From contig CAJWAA010000008.1 in assembly GCA_913020295.1 (NCBI GenBank), positions 9,983 through 73,982 of the forward strand: DNA of 64,000 bases. Reading direction: 5' to 3'. The first letter of the stretch is position 1. Each line of letters starts with the position of its first letter. The DNA comes from an uncultured Flavobacteriaceae bacterium. Its GTDB lineage: Bacteria; Bacteroidota; Bacteroidia; Flavobacteriales; Flavobacteriaceae. Of this stretch, positions 47,542 to 59,248 are shown one piece after another. Below the pieces are notes generated by a model. It did not search any database, was not told where the DNA came from, and saw only the letters and a list, made by a program, of their open reading frames with translations. Made by a program: the position numbers and the translations under genes.

Positions 47542-48381
47542 TTAAGACATATCCAAATTATCTATTAACCTTATTTTCCCTAGGTAGGCGGCAATAAAAC
47601 CTCGACCTCGATGACTAAATTTTTCCAAATCAATCTCTTTAAGTGTTTCAGGGTCTGTTATTTTGAAATAATCCAATTTTAACTCACTTTGATTTTCAAA
47701 AAAATCAATAACCATGCTTTTAACTTTTTTGTAGGGGACCTTTTTGGTAATGGACTTTGCAAATGTAAGTCCTTCAAATAATTTTGAAGCCAATCTTTTA
47801 TGATCTGCAGAAAGTAAAATATTCCTTGAACTCATAGCCAGCCCATTACTTTCTCTAATTGTAGGGCATCCAATAACTTTAGTTTTTAACTTCAAGGAAC
47901 GGGTTATATGACTTATAATCAGAAGCTGTTGAAAATCTTTTTCTCCAAAATAAGCGTGATCTGGGGAGAATGTTTTGAGAAAATGGGTCACTACCGTAGC
48001 TACCCCTTGGAAATGTCCTTCTCTTTTTTCTCCTTCCATCACAAGGTCTAATCCACCTAAGTCAAAGTATTCTGATTTCACGATATTACCGTAAACATCA
48101 TTTGCTTCGGGAACGTAAACAATTATATCATTACTAATTTCTCCTATCAAACGTAGGTCCTCATTGATATTGACGGGATAATCATCTAGGTCGGTTTTGT
48201 CGTCAAATTGAGTAGGATTTATAAAAATACTTATTAAAGCCGTTTTATTTTCTTCCACAGCCCTTTCAATCAAAGACAAATGTCCCTGGTGAAGCGCACC
48301 CATGGTTGGAACCATTCCAATTGGGCGAGTTTCAAATGATAAATGTTCAACCAAGGATTTAGATGTCCTGAAAACCCTCAT
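47542..48381 (-). CDS. panC: Pantoate--beta-alanine ligase
   Basis: 279 aa. Motifs VPTMGALHQGHLSL and FGEKDFQQ. Confidence 0.92.
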   Translation of the reverse strand: MRVFRTSKSLVEHLSFETRPIGMVPTMGALHQGHLSLIERAVEENKTALISIFINPTQFDDKTDLDDYPVNINEDLRLIGEISNDIIVYVPEANDVYGNIVKSEYFDLGGLDLVMEGEKREGHFQGVATVVTHFLKTFSPDHAYFGEKDFQQLLIISHITRSLKLKTKVIGCPTIRESNGLAMSSRNILLSADHKRLASKLFEGLTFAKSITKKVPYKKVKSMVIDFFENQSELKLDYFKITDPETLKEIDLEKFSHRGRGFIAAYLGKIRLIDNLDMS

Positions 48382-48440
48382 TTAGTAAAAAATTAACAGG
48401 TGTAAAGATACAGAATTCAACATATTCCGTTAAATTTTTG

Positions 48441-48448
48441 TAATTTTG
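48441..48448 (+). promoter_or_regulatory. -7 promoter box TAATTTTG upstream of the glycogen-synthase-like gene
   Basis: Exact TAnnTTTG match. It lies inside the tracked 48446 ORF extension, which supports the ATG at 48485 as the true start. Confidence 0.4.
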
Positions 48449-48484
48449 CCAAGCTTTACCTACTTGATTATTTATAGAGAGTTT

Positions 48485-49291
48485 ATGAAAGACAAAAAAG
48501 TTCTGAATATCTCGTCTGAAGTGGTTCCATATCTCCCACAGACCAATCAAGCGATTAATTCATATAAAATCCCGAAATTCATTAATGATCATGGTGGCCA
48601 GACTCGGATTTTTATGCCTCGATACGGACTTATCAACGAGAGAAGACATCAGCTACACGAGGTAATTCGTCTTTCAGGGATGAATTTGGTGATCAACGAT
48701 GTTGATATGCCTTTGATTATAAAAGTTGCCTCAATACCTAAGGAGAGAATGCAAGTCTATTTTATCGACAATGATGAATATTTCAAAAGACGAGCCGTGT
48801 TGAGAAACGAAAATCAAAATCTTTTTGCAGACAATGACGAAAGGATGATTTTTTTTACTAAAGGGGTAATAGAAACGATTAAAAAACTAAATTGGTCTCC
48901 TGATATTATCCATTTACACGGTTGGTTCACTTGTCTTTTTCCACTTTATCTTAATACATATTATAAAGATGAACCCATATTTGCTCAAAGTAAAATCGTA
49001 ACATCGGTTTATGCTAAAGATTTTGAAGGTGTTCTTTCAGACCAATTCTACCAGAAAGTCGCATTTGACAAAATACCAGACGAATTGATTGAACCATTAA
49101 AAAATTCTAATTTTGAAAATTTAGAGAAATTGAGTTTAAACTTTTCGGAGGGTTATGTAATTGCAGATGCTGAGGTTCCTGAGTCAATAGAAAAATATTC
49201 AAAAGAAAAACAAATCCCTGTTCTAAGCTACCAAGAATCTCAAAACCAAGAAGCTTTAGTTGAATTTTACACTAATCTTATTTTAAAATAA
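48485..49291 (+). CDS. Glycogen/starch synthase-like protein, N-terminal (GT5) domain only
   Basis: 268 aa. KVLNISSEVVPYLPQT... and IIHLHGWFTCLFPLYL resemble the GlgA N-terminal half. No C-terminal GT1 half is present. Confidence 0.6.
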   Translation: MKDKKVLNISSEVVPYLPQTNQAINSYKIPKFINDHGGQTRIFMPRYGLINERRHQLHEVIRLSGMNLVINDVDMPLIIKVASIPKERMQVYFIDNDEYFKRRAVLRNENQNLFADNDERMIFFTKGVIETIKKLNWSPDIIHLHGWFTCLFPLYLNTYYKDEPIFAQSKIVTSVYAKDFEGVLSDQFYQKVAFDKIPDELIEPLKNSNFENLEKLSLNFSEGYVIADAEVPESIEKYSKEKQIPVLSYQESQNQEALVEFYTNLILK

Positions 49292-49294
49292 CGG

Positions 49295-51130
49295 ATGTAT
49301 TTTTTGAGGATTTTCATCAATCGTGTGTCTATTCTTTTGTTATTGTCTCTAACGATTTTTTCATGTGATAAAGAATATCACGCTGCTGGCTCTGAAATTT
49401 TGCTTTCGACTGCCCTTAAGTCAAAATCCTATGTTGCTCCAGTTTTCTCGTACCAGAAGAAAGTTAATTATTTTCAAACCGATGGACTTCCTTTGGGTCA
49501 ACTCGGTAAAATTCGCTTAACTGGATTTGGAACTACCGAAGCCAATATTACTTCCAAGTTGGTCATTGCCCAAAACCCAGCTTTTGGTAATTTCACCCAA
49601 AAAAGAGAGGATGAGGGAGATGAAAACAATGTTGCTATAATTGATGAAAAAGAAACTGTAACTCAAGTCTATCTCGAAATACCATTTTTTAACAATACAA
49701 ATGATAAGGATGGTGACGGTGTCATAGATTCTTTAGATATAGATTCTGAGGATCAAGATAGTGATACTGATGGGGATGGGATTAGTGATTTTGACGAGAC
49801 TCAAAACAATCTTAATCCATTAAGTGATGATAGCGACGGCGATGGTATTTTGGATGGAGACGACCAAGATAACAAGACATATGATCATGAAAACAAAGTC
49901 TATGAAATCGATTCGATCTATGGAAATCGTGAAGCTCGTTTTGAACTCAAAGTATATGAACTAAAGTATTTTTTATCTAAATATGACCCTGCTACAGAAT
50001 TTCAAAAACAAACAAAATATTTCTCTAATACAGACTTTTTTGAGACCGGCTTTTATGGGAAAACACTCCACGATGCCTCTTATCAACTCAATTTTGAAGA
50101 GTTACGTTTTAATTATGAACAGGACGATCCCGATACAGAAGACGTTGATGAGCGTGAAACCGTACAAACTCGGTTAACCCCCAGAATTCGTATCCCTTTG
50201 GACAAAGACTTTTTTCAAGAAAAAATTCTCAATCAAGAAGGTGAAACTGTTTTTTCTAATGAAGACAATTTTTCTCAGCACCTAAGGGGAATTATTATTA
50301 GAGCTGATAATTTCGAGGATGACTTATACATGTTATTGGATATAAGAAATGCAATAATTAGAATTGAATATGAATATGATCAAGTGGACACTAATGGAAC
50401 TGAAAGTGACACCTCTGATGATGTCACAGAAAAGATGTCAAAAACCTTTCTAATGAATTTTGGCATGCATTTTAATACCATTAAAAACAATAATTTAAAT
50501 TCCCAAATTGACCAGGAGATTCTTTCCGGTCAAAATAATAAACCTTCTAAACAAATTTACCTAAGCGGAAATGGATTGTTTTCCACATTGAAACTATTCG
50601 AGCCAAACGGAGAAGGAAATCAAATATTGAATGACCTCAGAAACAATCAATGGATAATTAATGAGGCTAATTTAGTACTTTATATTGATCAAGATCAGTA
50701 TAGCTCTCTTGATCAATCTCAATTTCCAGATCGACTTTACCTGTATAGGTTTAACTCCGGAGCTCCACTAACCGATTTTAACATTGACAATTCAGTGAAC
50801 AATACGGTTAGGAATAGGAACAAATTCATTTATGGAGGAATCTTAGAACTGGATGATGCTAACAAGCCATATCGTTATAAATTTAGGTTAACGGATCATG
50901 TAAATAGGCTGATCAGAAAAGATTCCACCAATATATCACTTGGTTTGGTTCCAGCCAACGGCCTTACAGCAATTTATTCAATAAGAGCAGAGACTAACGA
51001 CCAAGAATTTATTAATTATCCGACCACGGCAATTTTAAATCCAAGGGGAGTCATTCTACATGGTAGTGAAAATAAAACTAATCTGGAGAATGGTGGATTA
51101 AAACTTGAGATTTTCTACACTGAGTATTAG
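49295..51130 (+). CDS. DUF4270-like lipoprotein with thrombospondin type-3-like Ca-binding repeats
   Basis: 611 aa. Lipobox LTIFSC. Three D-x-D-G-D-G-[IV]-x-D repeats (DKDGDGVIDSLD, DTDGDGISDFDE, DSDGDGILDGDD) at about 49695-49885. The DUF4270 assignment comes from recalled synteny with the glgA-like gene. Confidence 0.5.
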   Translation: MYFLRIFINRVSILLLLSLTIFSCDKEYHAAGSEILLSTALKSKSYVAPVFSYQKKVNYFQTDGLPLGQLGKIRLTGFGTTEANITSKLVIAQNPAFGNFTQKREDEGDENNVAIIDEKETVTQVYLEIPFFNNTNDKDGDGVIDSLDIDSEDQDSDTDGDGISDFDETQNNLNPLSDDSDGDGILDGDDQDNKTYDHENKVYEIDSIYGNREARFELKVYELKYFLSKYDPATEFQKQTKYFSNTDFFETGFYGKTLHDASYQLNFEELRFNYEQDDPDTEDVDERETVQTRLTPRIRIPLDKDFFQEKILNQEGETVFSNEDNFSQHLRGIIIRADNFEDDLYMLLDIRNAIIRIEYEYDQVDTNGTESDTSDDVTEKMSKTFLMNFGMHFNTIKNNNLNSQIDQEILSGQNNKPSKQIYLSGNGLFSTLKLFEPNGEGNQILNDLRNNQWIINEANLVLYIDQDQYSSLDQSQFPDRLYLYRFNSGAPLTDFNIDNSVNNTVRNRNKFIYGGILELDDANKPYRYKFRLTDHVNRLIRKDSTNISLGLVPANGLTAIYSIRAETNDQEFINYPTTAILNPRGVILHGSENKTNLENGGLKLEIFYTEY

Positions 51131-51293
51131 TTAAATTAAACTTTTTATACCACTTCTTTTCTTGCTTTTATATTATTATAGCTAATTAATATTATATTTA
51201 TTTTAACTATAAATTAAATCTATAATTATACGGCAATATTCTTGTATTCTTATTTTTTTTCACTTAATAGAAGTATATTATAATAATAAATTA

Positions 51294-52331
51294 TCATAAA
51301 TACTTAATTGATAGAAATTGTCTAATATATAAGAAAATTATACATAAAACTGTTACAACCAGTCCTATATTCCAACTTAATAGAATACTAACGCATAGAA
51401 AAATAATTTTCCACCAGAAAACAAACAAGATAAATCCAGCACTCATTTTGATTGAACTATAGAAAACTACATCCTTAAATAGTACCAAAATTTTTTTTAG
51501 TATGATCAAGGGAGGGAGATTGGGTATGGAAAATAAACCGATTATTAGCTTATGCCATTTTTGTTTTTCAATACTTTTTTTGTGGGGTAGGATTTTTTTC
51601 TCAATCCCTTTTTTCATTTCTTTAAAAGACATTTTGGTGTTTGCACTGTGAATCAACTTTTTTCGATCTTCATAATGCTCATCTTTCTCTGGAAGCCATA
51701 AACATTTTTTCATATGTAATTCTAAAGACTCTCTGATTGCATTGATCCGCTCGGGTTTTTCACCGTAGTTCTCAGTGAAGGAATTAATAATAATTGCTTC
51801 TCCAAAAACCAAATGCAGATCACAAAGTGGATTCCTGTGGTGGCCGTAATTAATCCCTACCGGAACAATGTAAATTGGGTTATCAGAGTTCTCTTGGGCT
51901 TCATAAGCTAATCGGCTGCTTCCCTTAGATAAGGGTTTAAGGAAAAACTCATTGTGATGCCCAGCCTCTGAGAACATCATAATCGATTGATTATCAGAAA
52001 GTAGTTTCTTACATCGATTAAAAATGGCTTCATTTTTTTTCAGGTTGGTATAGCCATTTCTGATTCTGTATACCGGAAGCATTTTCAATGCATCCATAAA
52101 CCATTGCATTGGACCACCAAAAATATCACTACGGGTGAGAGATGTTACGGGCCTATCTATGTTACAACCTACAAGTAGTGGGTCCATAAAAGCGCCTTGA
52201 TGATTAGGAGAAAACAAAACACCCCCATTTTTGGGGATATTTTCCAGGCCATAAATCCTGATTCTTCTGAAATAACAGTTGGTAATAATCCTGATGATAT
52301 ACTTTGTGAAGTAGTAAAATAGCTTCTTCAT
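51294..52331 (-). CDS. 1-acyl-sn-glycerol-3-phosphate acyltransferase family protein with C-terminal TM segments
   Basis: 345 aa. Acyltransferase block PNHQGAFMDP, plus FSEAGH and VPVGINY blocks. Hydrophobic C-terminal ~70 aa. Confidence 0.7.
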   Translation of the reverse strand: MKKLFYYFTKYIIRIITNCYFRRIRIYGLENIPKNGGVLFSPNHQGAFMDPLLVGCNIDRPVTSLTRSDIFGGPMQWFMDALKMLPVYRIRNGYTNLKKNEAIFNRCKKLLSDNQSIMMFSEAGHHNEFFLKPLSKGSSRLAYEAQENSDNPIYIVPVGINYGHHRNPLCDLHLVFGEAIIINSFTENYGEKPERINAIRESLELHMKKCLWLPEKDEHYEDRKKLIHSANTKMSFKEMKKGIEKKILPHKKSIEKQKWHKLIIGLFSIPNLPPLIILKKILVLFKDVVFYSSIKMSAGFILFVFWWKIIFLCVSILLSWNIGLVVTVLCIIFLYIRQFLSIKYL

Positions 52332-52552
52332 TGAATAACTGTGGGTAAATTTGAAGATTTAGGCATAAAAATTCACCTTAAAATTCGTCACAATTTATAA
52401 AAAATATAAAATTTATAAATCTATCGCATCCAGCGATTTTGTAAAGATTTTGTTATTTTTTTTTATATTGTTATAATTTAGAAATTCAACTTCTCTAAAT
52501 TAAAGTTGTCACCTCCATTTTCTGGAGACAAAACATAAAAAACCATACAATT

Positions 52553-54229
52553 ATGAGCAAAGATCATCAGTTTGACTTTAAATTTTATGAGTGGGAAAAA
52601 AAGTTCCACGACCGCCCTTTTCTGAGACAACCCTTTGGTGATCAATGGGAAGAGTATACATGGGCTGAAGTAGGACAAATGGCTAGAAAATTAGCTTCTG
52701 GATTGAAGTCAATGGGCCTAAGGGAAAATGCTCACATTGGGCTTATTTCAAAAAATTGTAGAGAATGGATCATCGCCGATATGGCAATTATGATTGCAGG
52801 CTATGTATCAGTTCCTTTTTTTCCTTCACTCAAGGGAGCAGAGTTGGGATATCTGCTTGATTTTGGTGAAGTTGACTTAATATTTGTAGGAAAAATTGAG
52901 ACTTGGGACGAAATACAAACTCATATTCCTAAAGATTTTCCTATTATCAGGTTCCCCCACTACAAAGGGTGCACTCCCGTAGATAGAGGTGAGGAGTGGT
53001 TTGATTTTATCAACCGATACCAACCCATAAAAGATCCTCATATCCCTAAACTCTCTGATTTGTGGACCATTATCTTTACATCGGGTACTACAGGGAATCC
53101 CAAAGGCGTTATGCTGTCTTATTTGGCCTTAGATGAAACAAAGATTATTACCGAACAGGTCAACCCTTTGAAGATTGATTTTTCAGGAAATAATGACTTT
53201 ATATCTTATTTACCCTTGAACCATATTGCTGAGCGAGTTGTGGTAGAGCATGTCTGTCTTAGATTTGGTGGCAGTATATCTTTTGTAGAATCTTTGGACA
53301 CTTTCGCTACAAACCTTAAAGACATCCAACCCCATGTATTTTTTGCGGCACCTAGGATATGGACTAAATTTCAAATGGGAATTTTAGCAAAAGTTCCTCA
53401 GGGAAAATTAGCCACTTTACTTAAAGTACCCTTGGTTTCGGCTTTGATAAAGCGAAAATTAAAAAAGAATCTTGGTTTAAGTCGAGCCAGATCAACAGTA
53501 TCAGGATCAGCCCCTTTACAATTGTCTATTATAGAATGGTTTAGAAAAATAGATATTTTTATCACCAATGGCTATGGAATGACGGAAAATTGCGCAATTT
53601 GCACTCAAGTAGACGGTCGGGATTTCGAAAAGCTAGATTCTGTTGGAAAACCACAATGTGGTGTACAGATCAAAATAGATCAAAATACCGAAGAAATTCT
53701 TATGAAAGGCCCATTTGTAATGGATGGTTATTTCAAAAATGAAAAGATGAGCAAATCTACCCTTGTGGACGGTTGGTTGCATACAGGAGATAAAGGTTAT
53801 TTGGATGAGGACAATTATTTATTTATTACCGGTAGAGTAGCTGACAGTTTTAAAACCTCCAAAGGCAAATTCATTGAACCTTTAACTATAGAAAATCACT
53901 TTGGAAACATCAAAGAACTAGAGGAAGTTTGTATTACTGGCTTGGGTTTACCCCAACCCATCGCCTTGGCTCAATTATCAGAAATAGGTAAAGCCCTCCC
54001 CAAAGAAGAACTTAAAGTTTTAATGGAAGGAAAATTGCTAGAGATCAACGCTGAATTAGAAAGCTACAAAAAAATTTCTACCCTAATATTGGTAAAAGAA
54101 CAATGGACGGAACAAAATATGATTTTGGGACCCACTTTAAAGATCAAAAGAGGAAATGTCGAAGAAATGTACTCTAAGAACTACAAGAGCTGGCATGAAG
54201 CCCCTCATACTGTTTTATTTGAAAAGTAG
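52553..54229 (+). CDS. AMP-dependent synthetase / long-chain fatty acid--CoA ligase
   Basis: 558 aa. AMP-binding motif IIFTSGTTGNPKGVMLSY, NGYGMTEN, GWLHTGDKGYLDEDNYLFITGR and TLKIKR. Confidence 0.85.
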   Translation: MSKDHQFDFKFYEWEKKFHDRPFLRQPFGDQWEEYTWAEVGQMARKLASGLKSMGLRENAHIGLISKNCREWIIADMAIMIAGYVSVPFFPSLKGAELGYLLDFGEVDLIFVGKIETWDEIQTHIPKDFPIIRFPHYKGCTPVDRGEEWFDFINRYQPIKDPHIPKLSDLWTIIFTSGTTGNPKGVMLSYLALDETKIITEQVNPLKIDFSGNNDFISYLPLNHIAERVVVEHVCLRFGGSISFVESLDTFATNLKDIQPHVFFAAPRIWTKFQMGILAKVPQGKLATLLKVPLVSALIKRKLKKNLGLSRARSTVSGSAPLQLSIIEWFRKIDIFITNGYGMTENCAICTQVDGRDFEKLDSVGKPQCGVQIKIDQNTEEILMKGPFVMDGYFKNEKMSKSTLVDGWLHTGDKGYLDEDNYLFITGRVADSFKTSKGKFIEPLTIENHFGNIKELEEVCITGLGLPQPIALAQLSEIGKALPKEELKVLMEGKLLEINAELESYKKISTLILVKEQWTEQNMILGPTLKIKRGNVEEMYSKNYKSWHEAPHTVLFEK

Positions 54230-54306
54230 TATATTTACCCGAAAAAACCAAACCGGGTATTTGTATCCGAAATATTATTGACCACATTAACTTTAACAAT
54301 AATTAA

Positions 54307-57276
54307 ATGAAAACAAAAACAATTATTAAAAATTTAAGTTTATTATTTGCAATGCTCATAATAAATATCATGTTTGCTCAGACCAGTATCAGTGGTTCGG
54401 TAGTGGATGAGCAAAACAACCCATTACCAGGTGTAAATATTGTTGTTCAAGGATCGAATTTTGGTACTACAGCAGATTTTGATGGGAATTTTACAATTAA
54501 TATTTCCCAAGAACTACCTTTTTCCGTTGAATTAAGTTATCTAGGTTTTGTAACTCAGGTAATTCAGGTCACTGATAGTTCTCAAGAAATTAATGTATCT
54601 ATGATAGAAGGTAATGATTTACTCGAAGAAGTAATCATTTCTGCAAATAGAAGAACAGAAAAAATTCAAGACGCTCCCGCTTCAATTTCGTTAATAACTG
54701 CGCGTGACATTCAAAATTCCTCCGAAGCTATTGACCCTGTTAGACACCTTATCAATATTCCCGGAGTAACTGTCCAGCAGCAAACAGCTAATACTATGAA
54801 TATAGAAATGAGAGGAGGTAATGGTTTATTCGGGACAGGGGTTTATCCAATGTTAGATTATAGAAATATTGTAACTCCAGTTGCGAGATCCTTTTTCACC
54901 TATCAGGCTGGACTTTCAAACCTTGATTTAGAACGTATTGAGGTAGTAAGAGGAGCAAATTCTGCTTTGTATGGTCCTGGTGTTGAAGCTGGTGTTGTCC
55001 ATTTTATGACAAAGAAAGCAATTGATTATCCAGGAACAACTGCAGAATTATATGGAGGAAATATGAGTTCAATGGGAGGTGCCGTAAGACATGCTTTTTC
55101 CAACGAATCAAAAACATTTGGCTACAAATTAAATGTAAAATACTCAGAAGGTGATGATTTTACTCTAGATCCCGATGAGGATGCTGAACGAATTGCTTCA
55201 TTCCAAACTACTATTAAACAGCCTGCAATAACAAATAATGTTGTAGATGCTACTCTCCCTGGCAAAGTTCTTTTAAGAAGATCAGACCTTGACCCTGATC
55301 TTGACGGTAATCCATTACAACAAGAGTATAGAAATGTTTCTGCAAATGTACATCTTGAATTTAGACCAAATAGCGATACATCTGGTATTATCTCCGGAGG
55401 AATTGCTAATGGATCTGGTATTTTTGTCAATGATCAAGGTTTTGGTTTGACTCAAGGTAATGATATGTGGGGCCAAGCAAGATTAACAAAAGGCAACTTT
55501 TTCGCTCAGGTTGCTTACACCTACAATGATGGTGGAGCTGAGGATAATCCAACATTTTTATATTCCACGGGGAACCGTGTAGTTTCGGCTCGAGGAGCAA
55601 CAGAGGCGCTTTTACAATACAATTTTGATATTTCATTTCTAGACACAAATTTTATTGTGGGATTGGATTACAGAAATACGACCTCTGACTCAGAGTATAC
55701 ACTTTATGGAAACAATGAAAATGATTCTGATTATGGAATAATGGGGGGCTATATTCAAGGGACCTCAAGCTTAGGTGAAAAACTAAAACTAACCTACGCA
55801 CTTAGAAGGGACAAAATGAGTATAATTGATGAATCTGCATTTGCCCCAAGGGTAGCTTTAGTTTACAAAGCAAATGAAAGAAATTCCTTCAGAGTTTCTT
55901 TCAGTAGATCAACTACTGGTCCATCTGCCTTAGAATCATTCATTGACTTTCCTGTTGCAACTCTTGCGCCAGGCGTGCTAGATGTTTGGTTAGCTGGTAA
56001 CATTGAACCTCATATTTTTGACCCCAATGCTCCAATAGAATTGGTTGGACTAGGGACTTCTATACCAAGAAGTTTAACTGGTTTACCAGCCGCCATCCCA
56101 TACGCTGCTGTAAAAGACCTTGTACTACCTCAGGTATATGATGGTTTAACTAATGCTGGTCAAGGAGCTCTAGTTCCGTTTATAACAGATTTTTTTACTA
56201 CCTATCAAGGACCATCTGCTCTAATTGGACAACTTGCTCCTTATAATATATTTAACCCATCACAAGCAATGCCTAACTTAGATGATACTGCTAGTGGACA
56301 AATAGCATATACCAATGGTTGGGAGGTCGGTTACAAAGGTTTACTGGGTGATAAGCTTTCACTGGCTGTGGATGTTTACACATTTGAAAGGGAAGGTTTC
56401 ATCGAGTTTACCGGAGTTGGGCCTACATACTCTTTAGTTGGTGGAGATATTCCTAGTACACTTTCACAAGTTGGAGCTGACCTTGTTGCAGATCCAACAA
56501 TTCAAGCAGTCGTTGGTGGTGCACTGCAGGCCGCCTACACTAATAATGGCCTTCCACTTACTGGCTTATCTGTAGCTCAAGTAACCGGTCTTGGATTAGG
56601 CCCTGCTCTGACAGCTGCTGGTTTACTCGCGGGAGATGGCTCTCTACCTTCAGCAGATTTAGCTACTCAAGGTGCTTTGGCGGGTCTCAGTCAGCAAGTA
56701 GCTGGTGGCTTCGCAGCCGGAGGTCAAGCTTTCGAGGGTAATATTAATCGACAATATTTTGGTACTGTTGAAAGTAATAGAGCTCCAAACGATGGTGTAA
56801 CTCACAGCATGGCTGGTTACAGAAATTATCCTGGTGCAAAAAGGAGTCATTGGGGCGCTGATGTTGCTGTGGAGTATTTTGCAAATGACAATTTAACTTT
56901 TTGGGGAAACTATTCTTACATCAGTCAAAATGAATGGATCCCAGGAGAAGCTGATGATGATGGTCTTCCTTTCCCATCTTATTTAAATACGCCACTAAAT
57001 AAATATAGATTGGGGGTTAAATTCTCAAATCAAAGCGGTATAAGAGCTGGACTCGCTTTCCAACATGATGATGCATTCTTTTCTAACTTTGGTCAAGGAC
57101 TTGGTGGGGACACCCCTGAGAGAAATCTTCTTGATTTTAATGTAGGATTTCCTTTAACTAGCAAAATTGGACTTGATTTACAAGTAACTAATTTAGCTAA
57201 TGTTGAATATAGAGCTTATCCAGGACTACCTGTTATAAAAAGAAGGGCTATTCTGAAGGCGACTTTTGACTTTTAA
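54307..57276 (+). CDS. TonB-dependent receptor (large, CarboxypepD_reg N-terminal domain)
   Basis: 989 aa with a signal peptide. ISGSVVDEQNNPLPGVNIVVQGSNFGTTADFDGNF, plug motifs (QDAPASISLIT, IEVVRGANSALYGPG) and C-terminal ...ATFDF. No SusD-like partner gene follows. Confidence 0.85.
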   Translation: MKTKTIIKNLSLLFAMLIINIMFAQTSISGSVVDEQNNPLPGVNIVVQGSNFGTTADFDGNFTINISQELPFSVELSYLGFVTQVIQVTDSSQEINVSMIEGNDLLEEVIISANRRTEKIQDAPASISLITARDIQNSSEAIDPVRHLINIPGVTVQQQTANTMNIEMRGGNGLFGTGVYPMLDYRNIVTPVARSFFTYQAGLSNLDLERIEVVRGANSALYGPGVEAGVVHFMTKKAIDYPGTTAELYGGNMSSMGGAVRHAFSNESKTFGYKLNVKYSEGDDFTLDPDEDAERIASFQTTIKQPAITNNVVDATLPGKVLLRRSDLDPDLDGNPLQQEYRNVSANVHLEFRPNSDTSGIISGGIANGSGIFVNDQGFGLTQGNDMWGQARLTKGNFFAQVAYTYNDGGAEDNPTFLYSTGNRVVSARGATEALLQYNFDISFLDTNFIVGLDYRNTTSDSEYTLYGNNENDSDYGIMGGYIQGTSSLGEKLKLTYALRRDKMSIIDESAFAPRVALVYKANERNSFRVSFSRSTTGPSALESFIDFPVATLAPGVLDVWLAGNIEPHIFDPNAPIELVGLGTSIPRSLTGLPAAIPYAAVKDLVLPQVYDGLTNAGQGALVPFITDFFTTYQGPSALIGQLAPYNIFNPSQAMPNLDDTASGQIAYTNGWEVGYKGLLGDKLSLAVDVYTFEREGFIEFTGVGPTYSLVGGDIPSTLSQVGADLVADPTIQAVVGGALQAAYTNNGLPLTGLSVAQVTGLGLGPALTAAGLLAGDGSLPSADLATQGALAGLSQQVAGGFAAGGQAFEGNINRQYFGTVESNRAPNDGVTHSMAGYRNYPGAKRSHWGADVAVEYFANDNLTFWGNYSYISQNEWIPGEADDDGLPFPSYLNTPLNKYRLGVKFSNQSGIRAGLAFQHDDAFFSNFGQGLGGDTPERNLLDFNVGFPLTSKIGLDLQVTNLANVEYRAYPGLPVIKRRAILKATFDF

Positions 57277-57294
57277 TCCAATCATTTAATTAAC

Positions 57295-57329
57295 AAAAAA
57301 GAGCAACTTAAGTTGCTCTTTTTTTTTTT
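57295..57329 (+). terminator. Rho-independent terminator (aaaagagcaactt/aagttgctctttt plus a T-run)
   Basis: Perfect palindromic stem centred at about 57310, followed by 11 T. The preceding A-run makes it potentially bidirectional. Confidence 0.75.
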
Positions 57330-57407
57330 GGATTTTTTTAAAATTGGATTAAGGTAAAATGTTAGATTTCTGTGGAAATTTTTTGATTTTAATTTATAGC
57401 TAAATAC

Positions 57408-57415
57408 TATATTTG
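57408..57415 (+). promoter_or_regulatory. -7 promoter box TATATTTG upstream of atpD, with a TTG at 57383-57385 as a possible -33 element
   Basis: Exact TAnnTTTG match 17 nt upstream of the atpD ATG. A TTTG lies 22 nt further upstream. Confidence 0.45.
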
Positions 57416-57432
57416 CATTCAAACTTATTTAA

Positions 57433-58943
<1,511 letters not shown>

Positions 58944-58944
<1 letters not shown>

Positions 58945-59222
58945 TGCACATAGAAATCATTTCCCCCGAAGCCACCCTATTCAGTGGTGAAGTTGAGTCA
59001 GTAATTGTTCCAGGATCTTTGGGATCTTTTCAAATGCTCAATAACCATGCACCCATTGTCTCTACCCTCAAAGAGGGAATCGTTAAGATTTCCGGTAAAA
59101 TGGACTTGGATGATACTTTTAAAGACAAGTTTAAAAAACAAGACGATAATACAACGCTATTTCAGATTAGTTCCGGTACTGTTGAAATGAGGAATAACAA
59201 ATTGATACTCCTAGCAGATTAA
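58944..59222 (+). CDS. atpC: F0F1 ATP synthase subunit epsilon (short form)
   Basis: 92 aa. The start overlaps the atpD stop (TAATG). The beta-sandwich N-terminal pattern is present (VPGSLGSFQMLNNHAPIVSTLKEGIV). No C-terminal helical hairpin. Confidence 0.85.
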
Positions 59223-59248
59223 TTTGCTCCATCAAAACTTTATTGATC

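Noticed and set aside
51131-51293. Extremely AT-rich 160-nt convergent spacer with short repeated ATTATA/TATAAT strings, considered as a repeat element or replication-related site
   Set aside because: I could not identify any defined direct or inverted repeat unit, DnaA-box-like motif or ORF. It is most simply a low-complexity AT-rich terminator zone between convergent genes.
54307-57276. Possible SusC/SusD-type polysaccharide utilisation locus around the large receptors
   Set aside because: None of the four TonB-dependent receptor genes is followed by a SusD-like lipoprotein gene. Their plug motifs look like classical TBDRs. The neighbours are housekeeping genes.
59223-59248. Possible cobalamin or other riboswitch ahead of the BtuB-size TonB-dependent receptor
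   Set aside because: The gap after atpC is only about 26 nt, far too short for any known riboswitch aptamer.
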